Shown piece by piece: positions 8,392 through 16,397 of a stretch of DNA of 32,000 nucleotides. The stretch comes from Wolbachia endosymbiont of Cimex lectularius (GTDB taxonomy: Bacteria; Pseudomonadota; Alphaproteobacteria; Rickettsiales; Anaplasmataceae). The stretch's first letter is position 1, and the number at the start of each line of letters is the position of its first letter. The notes below the pieces were generated by a model, which was not told where the DNA came from, ran no database searches, and saw nothing but the letters and a program-made list of their open reading frames with translations. The stretch lies in assembly GCF_000829315.1 (NCBI RefSeq), contig NZ_AP013028.1, forward strand, positions 90,001 through 122,000, read 5' to 3'. The translations under genes and the position numbers were made by a program.

Positions 8392-8463
8392 GTAGGAGGG
8401 TGTCATGCCAGTGCTTGACACTGGCATCCGGGAATTTTACTAAGTTGGTGAGTATAAAAGTAT
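8392..8463. repeat. WPE-like palindromic element plus shared tail module
   Basis: The hairpin ATGCCAGTG-cttga-CACTGGCAT lies at 8405-8427. It is followed by tactaagttggtgagtataaaag, which recurs at 18890-18913. Confidence 0.7.
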
Positions 8464-8472
8464 CTGTTCAGC

Positions 8473-8633
8473 CAATGGCGTCAACTTAAGAAAAAATGTC
8501 AGTGATCGTGTATAAAATTTCTCTCTAAAATTTTTACCATTAAATTATCCACAAGCTGCAATAAGCAGCACTTTTGTTTCTATTTTATTCCAACAAAGAA
8601 GTTTACAAGGAGGCTCTTAAGTTGACGCCATTG
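8473..8633. repeat. Perfect 19-bp inverted repeat pair flanking a 123-bp AT-rich core (MITE-like or long hairpin)
   Basis: caatggcgtcaacttaaga (8473-8491) is the exact reverse complement of tcttaagttgacgccattg (8615-8633). The direct repeat cctgaatggatac follows at 8634-8646 and 8677-8689. Confidence 0.6.
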
Positions 8634-8710
8634 CCTGAATGGATACCCTCTTATCTATCGTTTCTTAAACTGCTCCCCTGAATGGATACTATCAGGCCAA
8701 TACCCCCAAC

Positions 8711-10138
8711 TTATAACTCAGTTCCGCCTACCGTAATTGCATCAACTTTGAGTGTTGGTTGACCAACTCCAACAGGCACGTTTTGTCCGTCTTTCGAACA
8801 TGTGCCAATACCGGGATCTAGCTTTAAGTCGTTGCCAACCATGGATACTTTTTTTAGTACTGTTGGCCCGTCACCAATTAACGTCGCTCCTTTGACTGGC
8901 TGAGTAACTTTGCCGTTTTCTATCAAATAAGCTTCTGAAGATGAGAAAACAAATTTTCCTGATGTTATATCAACCTGCCCACCACCAAAATTTACTGCAT
9001 ATAGACCTTTCTTCACGCTAGATATTATTTCTTCGGGTGTATGTTTTCCTGGCAACATATAGGTGTTTGTCATGCGCGGCATAGTAACTTCCTTATAACT
9101 TTCCCTTCTACCATTACCAGTTGGGTTTACCCCCATGAGTTTAGCATTCATATGATCCTGCATATATCCTTTGAGGATTCCATCTTCTATCAACACATTA
9201 TAACCAGAAGGAGTACCTTCATCATCTATGCTAATAGAACCACGCAAATTAGACAGAGTTCCATCATCAACTACTGTGATGCCACTAGCTGCTACTTGTT
9301 TACCAATAGAATTTGAAAATGCTGATACTCCTTTACGATTAAAATCGCCTTCGAGTCCATGACCTACAGCTTCGTGTAACAACACTCCTGGCCAGCCCGA
9401 ACCTAGAACAACTGTCATCTCTCCGGCCGGAGTTGGAACTGCTTCAAGATTTACTAATGCTTGTTCTAAAGCCTGGTTTGCAACTTCCTTCCACTTTTTC
9501 CCAGAAATAAACTTACTATAAGAATCCCGTCCACCGTGTCCTGCAGAACCTCTTTCGGTGCGACCATCTTTCTCTACGATAACCAGCACATTAAAACGTA
9601 CTAAAGGCCTAATATCGCTTAATCTGTGATCACCTTTTATTATTTGTACGACTTGCCATTCTCCACTTAGAGTTATTTTTACTTGCTTCACGCAGTTATT
9701 TTTGGATCTTACATACTCATTAACCTCGTTGAGCAGTTTAATTTTTGAGCTTAGATCTATTTCATTTATGGGGTTAGTTTTCGAATATAGGTTTTTTGTC
9801 TCTTTGCTTAAGCTTATTGAATTTGTTTTGTTCAAAGACACTGAGCTTTTAACTATAGAAGCAGCGTTACTAATTTCTTTTTCGCTAATCTCAGAAGAAC
9901 AAACAAAAGATGTGCTGTCCTCGCAAAAAGACCTCAGGCCAAATCCCCTTCTGGTATTCAAATCCATGTGTTTCAATATGTTATCATTGAAAACCAGAGA
10001 CTCTGACTGACAAAACTCTAAAAATAGCTCACCGCCATCGCTATTGCTCAAAGCATGGTTGACTATTTTATATACGTTATTAATATTAACATTGTTTTGA
10101 GCAAAAAATATTTGATCTAAGTTTAAATTGTCCGACAT
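8711..10138 (-). CDS. tldD: Metalloprotease TldD
   Basis: The 475-aa protein has the HEAVGHGLEGD zinc motif and the TldD/PmbA C-terminal G-rich blocks (GGGQVDITSGKFVF). Confidence 0.9.
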   Translation of the reverse strand: MSDNLNLDQIFFAQNNVNINNVYKIVNHALSNSDGGELFLEFCQSESLVFNDNILKHMDLNTRRGFGLRSFCEDSTSFVCSSEISEKEISNAASIVKSSVSLNKTNSISLSKETKNLYSKTNPINEIDLSSKIKLLNEVNEYVRSKNNCVKQVKITLSGEWQVVQIIKGDHRLSDIRPLVRFNVLVIVEKDGRTERGSAGHGGRDSYSKFISGKKWKEVANQALEQALVNLEAVPTPAGEMTVVLGSGWPGVLLHEAVGHGLEGDFNRKGVSAFSNSIGKQVAASGITVVDDGTLSNLRGSISIDDEGTPSGYNVLIEDGILKGYMQDHMNAKLMGVNPTGNGRRESYKEVTMPRMTNTYMLPGKHTPEEIISSVKKGLYAVNFGGGQVDITSGKFVFSSSEAYLIENGKVTQPVKGATLIGDGPTVLKKVSMVGNDLKLDPGIGTCSKDGQNVPVGVGQPTLKVDAITVGGTEL

Positions 10139-10200
10139 TACCTTTGAACTAAAAATTGCTCAAGTATATTATTTAACTTTAACATAGTAAACTACAAAAA

Positions 10201-10284
10201 GCCCGGGTGGCGGAATTGGTAGACGCGCTAGCTTCAGGTGCTAGTAACTTTTCAGTTGTGGAAGTTCAAGTCTTCTCTCGGGCA
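10201..10284 (+). tRNA. tRNA-Leu (anticodon CAG), class II with long variable arm
   Basis: Acceptor GCCCGGG/CTCGGGC, D-arm GCGGAATTGGTAGACGC, anticodon stem CTAGC/GCTAG with loop TTCAGGT, a long variable arm, and T-arm GGAAGTTCAAGTCTTCT are all present. No CCA is encoded. Confidence 0.9.
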
Positions 10285-10337
10285 CTCTTAACTTACATAT
10301 TGTTTTTTGAACGAATTAATGCTATAATGTATTAATT

Positions 10338-10835
10338 ATGCTTAAGTTTATGAGTCGTGAGAAAGAGGAACTTGCCAACAGGAAAAAAATAAGAACTTAC
10401 TCAAAACGTCTAGTTACCACGCTATCCATTGCTTCTTTTATTGGGTATATAGCATCACTAGTTTTTGATGTTCCTAGCTTAAATTTGCACTCTGCTGCTT
10501 TGAGTATTGTACTGAGTATAGTTTCACTCGGTTTGAATATGTGGTCATATATTGATTACTTTCGAAAACGCAATCTTAATAATCAGCTTGGCATAGAAAA
10601 CACTCCAGGACAAGAAAAGCTAACAGAGATCCATATTAATATTGCATCTAGCGCCTCATTTTTAATAGGGGGAATTATACCTGTATTACCTTTTGAATCT
10701 CCTATTATTCCTTTTGTTTCTATTACTTTTTCCATTTTGGGTTATGCTGCTATGGTAGCCAATATCGTCTGGACTATGATCAGCGAGCCAAAGGTAAAAG
10801 AATTGAGCAAAGGGGAAAATCTCCAAGTGGTGTGA
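10338..10835 (+). CDS. Hypothetical small membrane protein (about 4 TM segments)
   Basis: The 165-aa ORF has a basic N-terminus (RKKIRTYSKR) followed by hydrophobic helices. I recognise no family motif. An alternative start is M5. Confidence 0.45.
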   Translation: MLKFMSREKEELANRKKIRTYSKRLVTTLSIASFIGYIASLVFDVPSLNLHSAALSIVLSIVSLGLNMWSYIDYFRKRNLNNQLGIENTPGQEKLTEIHINIASSASFLIGGIIPVLPFESPIIPFVSITFSILGYAAMVANIVWTMISEPKVKELSKGENLQVV

Positions 10836-10877
10836 TAGCTGGAGCCTGATCACCAAAATACTAATAAATTAACTTGC

Positions 10878-10906
10878 TTGACTTATACAGGAATATCAGT
10901 TATCAT
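10878..10906 (+). promoter_or_regulatory. Candidate sigma70 promoter (TTGACT-17-TATCAT) upstream of the interrupted ORF at 10938
   Basis: cttgcTTGACTtatacaggaatatcagtTATCAT. The spacer was counted as 17 nt. It lies ~32 nt upstream of the ATG at 10938. Confidence 0.4.
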
Positions 10907-10937
10907 ATTAATAGTTTGATAACAAAAGGCGAATATT

Positions 10938-11318
10938 ATGACAGACTTTATAAATTTTTCCGATGACTATTCAGGATTTTTCTAGGATAATGCTTATTAT
11001 GTAGTATCTGAATATAATAATGATAGTCCAGATCTTAGCACATATATAGTAGAACGTGATGAACATGAGAACTTGGTATTTAAGAACCTATATGAATATA
11101 TATGTCCGGATGGGAACATACATAAAGGCATTGTCCTTGATCTCAGATCTTTACAGATAGAAGAAAGAATAGAGAACAGCAGCGGTTGTCATGTGAATAA
11201 TTATAGGGTAGATAATGGAACTTTGTCTTCAGATGGAAAAGAACTAATATTTAATATAACTCCAACCGAAGGGAACCATTCAAGAGAGTTCAACATAATT
11301 AGTATTACAAAAGTATAA
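10938..11318 (+). pseudogene. Hypothetical ORF interrupted by one in-frame TAG (codon 16); the track ORF 11073..11318 is its 3' part
   Basis: The ATG at 10938 gives MTDFINFSDDYSGFF, then TAG at 10983-10985. The same frame then continues open: DNAYYVVSEYNNDSPDLSTYIVERDEHENLVFKNLYEY...ITKV. Confidence 0.4.
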
Positions 11319-11333
11319 GCCACAACTGTAAGG

Positions 11334-11425
11334 ACATTGTGATTTGAGCCTGCCAGGAGGATGCATCCAAGTAGCCCCTTTTTTGTCATCCCAGTGCTCG
11401 ACACTGGGATCCAGGATACTACTTT
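11334..11425. repeat. Composite WPE-like palindromic element
   Basis: acattgtgatttgagc..tgcatccaagtagcc matches 18826-18868, and the hairpin ATCCCAGTG-ctcga-CACTGGGAT lies at 11388-11410. Confidence 0.7.
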
Positions 11426-11431
11426 GATAAT

Positions 11432-11955
11432 AAATATTTAAGAAATTTCCAAATGAGAAAAAAAGACAAAAGAAGCCCCATGGCGGCTAATTATTTGCTT
11501 TTGTGTCGAAATATCGGCGTTTTTTTTATTCTAAACGCTTGATGAATGCGACTTAGCTGCTTTTTAATGCAACTAACCTTAGCTGCAAACGTTTAAAAAA
11601 TTTACTAAACAGAAAAAACAGCAAAAGAAACCCCGGTAGCTAGTTATTTACTATCTATCCTATAATATTGGCGTTTTTTTATGTTTTAAACGACCTACAA
11701 GCGCGTTTGAGCTTGAAAACCAGAAGTTTTAAAAAGACGTGAGGTGCACATAGTGCAAAAAATTAAACATGGTACGCCAGATATACTAAGTTTTTTTGTC
11801 GTTTAATCTGCACAGACTGAAGATAAATAATAGCTCCAATACTATGATAAGGGTAACGGCAAAGATTGTCAAGTAGTTTTTTTCGTCTCTATCGTATGAC
11901 GTTATGACTTTTTTCCACTTTCATCTATCGGCTTTCTGTATAGTGGTTAGGTACG
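11432..11955 (-). repeat. Copy C of the modular P-box/T-box repeat (full length, two T-boxes)
   Basis: The reverse complement aligns along its length with copy B (16398-16815) and copy D. The T-boxes lie at 11591-11640 and 11432-11489 (+ coordinates). Confidence 0.8.
11844..11872 (-). promoter_or_regulatory. P-box promoter C (TTGACA-17-TATCAT)
   Basis: On the - strand: aaaaaaactacTTGACAatctttgccgttacccTTATCAT. The spacer was counted as 17 nt. Confidence 0.5.
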
Positions 11956-12147
11956 CGAGAAGCCTAATGTAGCTTCTTCTATTCTTGACTCGCTAAGCTT
12001 GTTCTGTTGTTCTAGCTCTTTTATAGCGTTAACAAGACTTAATTCCTTACCGCCAAGTTTGATTTTAACATCTGTGTTTTTCTCTAAGTCCTAATGATTT
12101 GGCTTACTTCCTACTATTTTAATATTGCCATTACTATCAGAGCTTTA

Positions 12148-13638
12148 TTAAAGTATAAACTTAGATAAATCCAACTGTATTGAAATCGATTCGAGCTTAT
12201 CTTTCACATACTTGCCATCTATAACAAATTTTTCACCATTCTTCTCAGTAGCAATAAAACTTATTTCATCTAAAAGTTTCTCCATGATAGTGTGGAGCCT
12301 TCTTGCACCTATATTTTCCACTTGCCTATTAACTGTAAACGCTATTTCAGCTATAGTTTCGATGCCATCATCGGTGAATTCAAGTATTACATTTTCTGTT
12401 TTCATTAAAGCTATGTACTGCTTCAATAAACTAGACTCAGGTTCCTTTAATATTCTTATTAAATCCTCTTGAGTAAGTGCCTTAAGCTCTACTCTAATAG
12501 GTAATCTACCCTGCAATTCTGGCAAAAGGTCAGACGGTTTAGATAAATGAAAAGCACCAGATGCAATAAATAATATATGGTCTGTCTTCACATGGCCATA
12601 CTTAGTTGAAACAGTTGTTCCTTCAAGCAGTGGTAATAAATCACGTTGTACTCCTTCTCTATTGATTTCACCTTTTACTTCTGTACGTGCTGCAATTTTA
12701 TCTATTTCATCCAAAAATACTATGCCTTCATTGCTAACAAGATCAATCGCTTCTTTGATTATCTTGTCTTCATCCATTAACTTCTCACTTTCTTCGTTAA
12801 TCAATATTTCTCGAGCTTCTTTTACCTTAACTGTAATAGTTTTTGTTTTTTTGCCCCCATTAAACATCTTGCCCACTAGTTCTGTGACGTTCACCACGCC
12901 AACTTGCCCACCTGGCATGCCTGGTATATCAAAAGCTGGTAGCATACTCTTACTTTCTCTGACGTTAATGGAAACTTCCCCATCTTCAAACTCTTTATTT
13001 CTCAGTTTTTCTCTGAAAACCCTTTTACTCTCTTCGGTTGCATCTTCACCAACCATAGAATTAACTATTATCCTCTCAACTAAATTCAAAGCTTTTTTAG
13101 CTAAAGCTTTGCGAGCTTTCTCTTTAACTAAAACTATTGCTGCATCAACTAAATCACGTATTATCGAGTCAACATCACGCCCGACATATCCTATTTCGGT
13201 GAATTTCGTTGCTTCAACTTTTATGAACGGCGCACCCGCAAGCTTCGCTAAGCGGCGAGCTATTTCTGTTTTACCAATCCCTGTATGACCAATCATCAGT
13301 ATATTTTTAGGTATAATTTCATCACGTAAAGGAAGAAAAACTTTATTGCGACGCCAACGGTTCCTGAGTGCAATAGCGACAGCACGTTTTGCATCATTCT
13401 GTCCAATTATGAACCTATCCAACTCCTTAACTATCTTTTGTGGCGGCAGATCGTCCAATAAGACTTGTGTACTGTTATTAATTTGGGCATTGTTGTTATT
13501 TGAATCACAGCCATTTTTAGTGTCTTCACAGAGGTCATTTTTCTCATTGTAGGTATCACTACCATAAAACTGCCCTTCTGAAAGCCTCACAAGCTGATTG
13601 GAGAAATTAGTGCATAAAATTTTTTGTTCAGAAGACAT
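12148..13638 (-). CDS. hslU: ATP-dependent protease ATPase subunit HslU (with ~60-codon N-terminal extension if the ATG at 13638 is used)
   Basis: It has [12 protein letters not shown], the Walker A motif [15 protein letters not shown], the Walker B motif VFLDEIDKI, and the C-terminal [13 protein letters not shown]. The ATG lies 1 nt after the hslV stop. An alternative TTG at 13458 would give an E. coli-like N-terminus. Confidence 0.9.
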   Translation of the reverse strand: MSSEQKILCTNFSNQLVRLSEGQFYGSDTYNEKNDLCEDTKNGCDSNNNNAQINNSTQVLLDDLPPQKIVKELDRFIIGQNDAKRAVAIALRNRWRRNKVFLPLRDEIIPKNILMIGHTGIGKTEIARRLAKLAGAPFIKVEATKFTEIGYVGRDVDSIIRDLVDAAIVLVKEKARKALAKKALNLVERIIVNSMVGEDATEESKRVFREKLRNKEFEDGEVSINVRESKSMLPAFDIPGMPGGQVGVVNVTELVGKMFNGGKKTKTITVKVKEAREILINEESEKLMDEDKIIKEAIDLVSNEGIVFLDEIDKIAARTEVKGEINREGVQRDLLPLLEGTTVSTKYGHVKTDHILFIASGAFHLSKPSDLLPELQGRLPIRVELKALTQEDLIRILKEPESSLLKQYIALMKTENVILEFTDDGIETIAEIAFTVNRQVENIGARRLHTIMEKLLDEISFIATEKNGEKFVIDGKYVKDKLESISIQLDLSKFIL

Positions 13639-13639
13639 A

Positions 13640-14194
13640 CTATCCCTCTATCTTTTCAATAACTACATTATGATTTGTATAAACACATATATCAGCTGCT
13701 ATTTTCATAGCTCTTTTCGCTATCTCCTCTATTGATATTCCTTTTACATCAATTAAAGCTCTTGCTGCGGATAGAGCAAAATTTCCTCCAGAACCAATAG
13801 CTGCGACCCCATCTTCAGGTTCAAGAACGTCACCTGTTCCTGTAATCACTAACGAAATAGATTTATCTGCAACAATCATCATAGCTTCCAATTTTCTCAA
13901 GTATTTATCCATTCTCCAATCTTTTGCAAGTTCAACACATGCTCTCATTAATTGTCCTGGGTGCCTATCAAGTTTAGATTCCAGTCTTTCAAAGAGAGTA
14001 AATGCATCGGCTGTTGCCCCTGCAAAACCAGCAATTACAGAATCACCAGAAAGGCGCCTGACTTTTTTTGCTCCGGATTTTATAACAGTGTGGCCCAGTG
14101 AAACCTGTCCATCACCTATTACTACTACACTTTTGTCTCTTCTAATTGACAGTATGGTAGTTCCATACATTTTACTGCTATCATGTTGAATCAT
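13640..14194 (-). CDS. hslV: ATP-dependent protease subunit HslV
   Basis: It has GTTILSIRR (catalytic Thr region), [14 protein letters not shown] and a short leader of the alphaproteobacterial type. Length is 184 aa. Confidence 0.92.
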   Translation of the reverse strand: MIQHDSSKMYGTTILSIRRDKSVVVIGDGQVSLGHTVIKSGAKKVRRLSGDSVIAGFAGATADAFTLFERLESKLDRHPGQLMRACVELAKDWRMDKYLRKLEAMMIVADKSISLVITGTGDVLEPEDGVAAIGSGGNFALSAARALIDVKGISIEEIAKRAMKIAADICVYTNHNVVIEKIEG

Positions 14195-14309
14195 TTTTCT
14201 ATCACTTCAAATGGCAATTTCATTATACTTTAATCTTTAATCAAATGTGCTAGATATGTTTAATTATAGCTCATAATATAATACTTTCCTTATAACATTA
14301 AAAGCGTAG

Positions 14310-15470
14310 ATGCAAAATATAATTCATCCAAAATTAAAAAAAAGTTTAAATAGTTGGTTTGAGGAGAAGTTTGATGGCCTCACATTGCCATTTTATAGCT
14401 CCATAGACCTAAGAAACTCTGGTTACAAAATTGCCCCTATAGACACTAATTTGTTTCCTGCAGGGTTCAACAACCTAAGTGAGGTATCAAAAGCAACAGC
14501 AGCAGAGCTAATGAAGAGCTACTTTAAAGAAAAACAACATAAAAAAATTCTCATAATACCGGAGAATTACACGCGAAATAAAATGTATATAGAGAACGTA
14601 TTTGCCATAGAAAAAATACTCCAACTCGCAGGTTTTGAGACTAGAATGGGCCTCTTTCACAACGAAGCATACAATTTAATAGAACCATATGAAACTGTCG
14701 TGAAGGAAAACTCCCTCCTGAAGACAACTTCAGGATTTGTGCCTGATGTTGTTGTACTGAACCGGGATATGACAAGCCACATTCCAGACACGCTGGAAAA
14801 TGTAAAACAAGAGATAGTGCCAAGTCCATTATATGGTTGGCACAGCAGGCAGAAATTTCAATATTTTGAAATCTATCAAAAACTAGCGTCCGAACTTTGT
14901 AGCGAATTTCAAATAGACCCGTGGCTTATTTCTACACCTACAGAAAGTTGCAGTAGTGTTAATTTCAATGACGATTCATCGCTAGAAATGGTGGCAGCTA
15001 AAGTTGATCAAGTGCTGTCCTTAGTGCAAAAAAAATATGAAGAATATAAAATAGAAACCCAACCTTATGTTTTCATCAAGGCAAGCAATGGAACATACGG
15101 AATGGGCATTATAACAGCAACAAGTGGAGAGGAAGTACTAAGCCTCAATAAAAAAAAGCGCAATAGAATGAAAAAGATAAAAGAAGGAATAGAAGTGAGC
15201 AGCGTTATTATACAAGAAGGTGTACCAACCATCGATGTATTTGAACATAGCCCTGCAGAGCCGCTGATATATTATATAGGAAGTACGCCAACCTGCTACT
15301 TATACCGGTGCAACAGTAGAAAAGATATATATTCTAGCTTAAATTCCACTGACTGTAAATTCCATGATGTCAGCCAGGCTGTGGAAAATAAAACTCTATC
15401 GCTTTGGAATATGGTTAGTAAATTAGCGGTGCTAGCATTGGCAGTAGAAATGAAGTCTTTTCATATCTAA
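14310..15470 (+). CDS. gshA: Probable glutamate--cysteine ligase (short proteobacterial GshA family)
   Basis: The N-terminal block PFYSSIDLRNSGYKIAPIDTNLFPAGFNNL matches my memory of the Acidithiobacillus-type GshA family. The protein is 386 aa. I cannot verify this without a search. Confidence 0.5.
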   Translation: MQNIIHPKLKKSLNSWFEEKFDGLTLPFYSSIDLRNSGYKIAPIDTNLFPAGFNNLSEVSKATAAELMKSYFKEKQHKKILIIPENYTRNKMYIENVFAIEKILQLAGFETRMGLFHNEAYNLIEPYETVVKENSLLKTTSGFVPDVVVLNRDMTSHIPDTLENVKQEIVPSPLYGWHSRQKFQYFEIYQKLASELCSEFQIDPWLISTPTESCSSVNFNDDSSLEMVAAKVDQVLSLVQKKYEEYKIETQPYVFIKASNGTYGMGIITATSGEEVLSLNKKKRNRMKKIKEGIEVSSVIIQEGVPTIDVFEHSPAEPLIYYIGSTPTCYLYRCNSRKDIYSSLNSTDCKFHDVSQAVENKTLSLWNMVSKLAVLALAVEMKSFHI

Positions 15471-15477
15471 TTTCTTA

Positions 15478-16337
15478 GAACCTGTTTAAAATCTTGGAAA
15501 TGTGAGGTAAAGTAAGCATAGATTAATAATGAGGTGTCTATGCAGAAAAGTTATCCAAGTAATATAAGTCAAGAGCAGTTTGAAAAAATCAGGCCAATTT
15601 TGGAGAGTGCAAGCAGAAAACAAAACCAAGAAAACTTGATTTGTATGACGTATTTTGTGGGGTGTTGTACGTCTTAAAAAGTGGTTGTCAGTGGAGGATG
15701 TTACCAAAGGGTTTTCCAAGATGGGAAAGCGTATATTACTATTTTCGAGTGTGGAGTAAAAAGAATGGAGAAGAGCCAAGCTTGTTGGAATTAGTCTTAA
15801 AAAAAATTAGTTGGAGAGGTCCGTATCAGCAATGGTCGGGAAGAGAAAACTAGCTTTTATATAATTGATTCTCAAAGCGTTAAAAACGCAGATACTGCTG
15901 AAAAAAAAAGGCTATGATGCAGGTAAAAAGATTTCAGGGATAAAGCGCCATATTGCAGTTGATACACAAGGTTTGCCACATGCAATTTATGTAACAACGG
16001 CAGAAGCAACTGACCGTAGCAGTGCTGTGAAAATGGTCGAAAATGCTAAAGCAAACCTCTCTGAAGTTAAAAACATACTGGTTGATGCTGGCTACACAGG
16101 AGAAAATTTTGCAACACAAATAAAAGCTATCATTGGTGCGACTGTTGAAGTAATAAAGCGAAGTGAGTTACACACTTTCGTCGTATTGCCAAAAAGATGG
16201 GTTGTTGAACGCTCTTTTGCCTGGTTAGAAAAGTGCAGGCGATTGTGGAAAAATTGCGAGCGGAAGCTCAACACTAGCTTACAGATGATAGTCCTCTCCT
16301 TCATTTCTCTCCTGTTACGAAGATTTTAAACAGGTTC
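15478..16337 (+). mobile_element. IS5-family insertion sequence (860 bp), decayed
   Basis: The terminal inverted repeats are perfect: (a)gaacctgtttaaaatctt at 15477-15495 and aagattttaaacaggttc(t) at 16320-16338. TTA flanks both sides, a candidate 3-bp target duplication. The interior encodes a DDE transposase in several frames. Confidence 0.85.
15540..16329 (+). pseudogene. IS5-family DDE transposase split into four frame segments
   Basis: MQKSYPSNISQEQFEKIRPILESASR | KTKPRKLDLYDVFCGVLYVLKSGCQWRMLP...LVLKK | LVGEVRISNGREEKTSFYIIDSQSVKNADTAEKK | GYDAGKKISGIKRHIAVD...VDAGYTG...VVERSFAWLEKCRRL. The frame changes fall at A-runs 15617-15620, 15799-15806 and 15901-15909. Confidence 0.8.
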
Positions 16338-16397
16338 TTACTTCTAAGCGTAGCCATTGGCTAGACTTCTTGCATAAAAAACAGCTTTTGGCATATG

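Larger units (their letters stand above)
7873..8400 (+). repeat. Copy A of the modular P-box/T-box repeat (two tandem units, each with its own promoter box and T-box)
   Basis: Unit 1 runs 7873-8160 and ends acggggtttcttttgtctttttttt. Unit 2 runs 8190-8400 and ends ccggggcttcttttgctttttttcttatctggtaaatttcttaatatt. Both share blocks with copies B-E. Confidence 0.75.

Noticed and set aside
7873-8400. Repeated T-box/P-box units considered as a CRISPR array or other regularly spaced repeat array.
   Set aside because: The units are not regularly spaced, the repeats are long and heterogeneous, there is no short direct repeat plus unique spacer pattern, and no cas genes are present in the window.
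12662-13288. A 208-aa ORF antisense to hslU, plus similar antisense ORFs at 12212..12472, 13346..13552, 5271..5543, 9041..9316, 9702..10010 and 27509..27934.
   Set aside because: They lie entirely inside well-supported conserved genes. They are Ser/Leu/Ile-rich low-complexity translations typical of the antisense strand of Lys/Glu-rich AT-rich genes, and they contain no motifs.
15799-15806. A8 run in the IS5 transposase considered as a classical programmed -1 ribosomal frameshift site.
   Set aside because: The continuation of the protein is in the +1 frame in coordinate terms. The -1 frame hits a TAG two codons later. An extra A, or slippage during transcription, explains it better.
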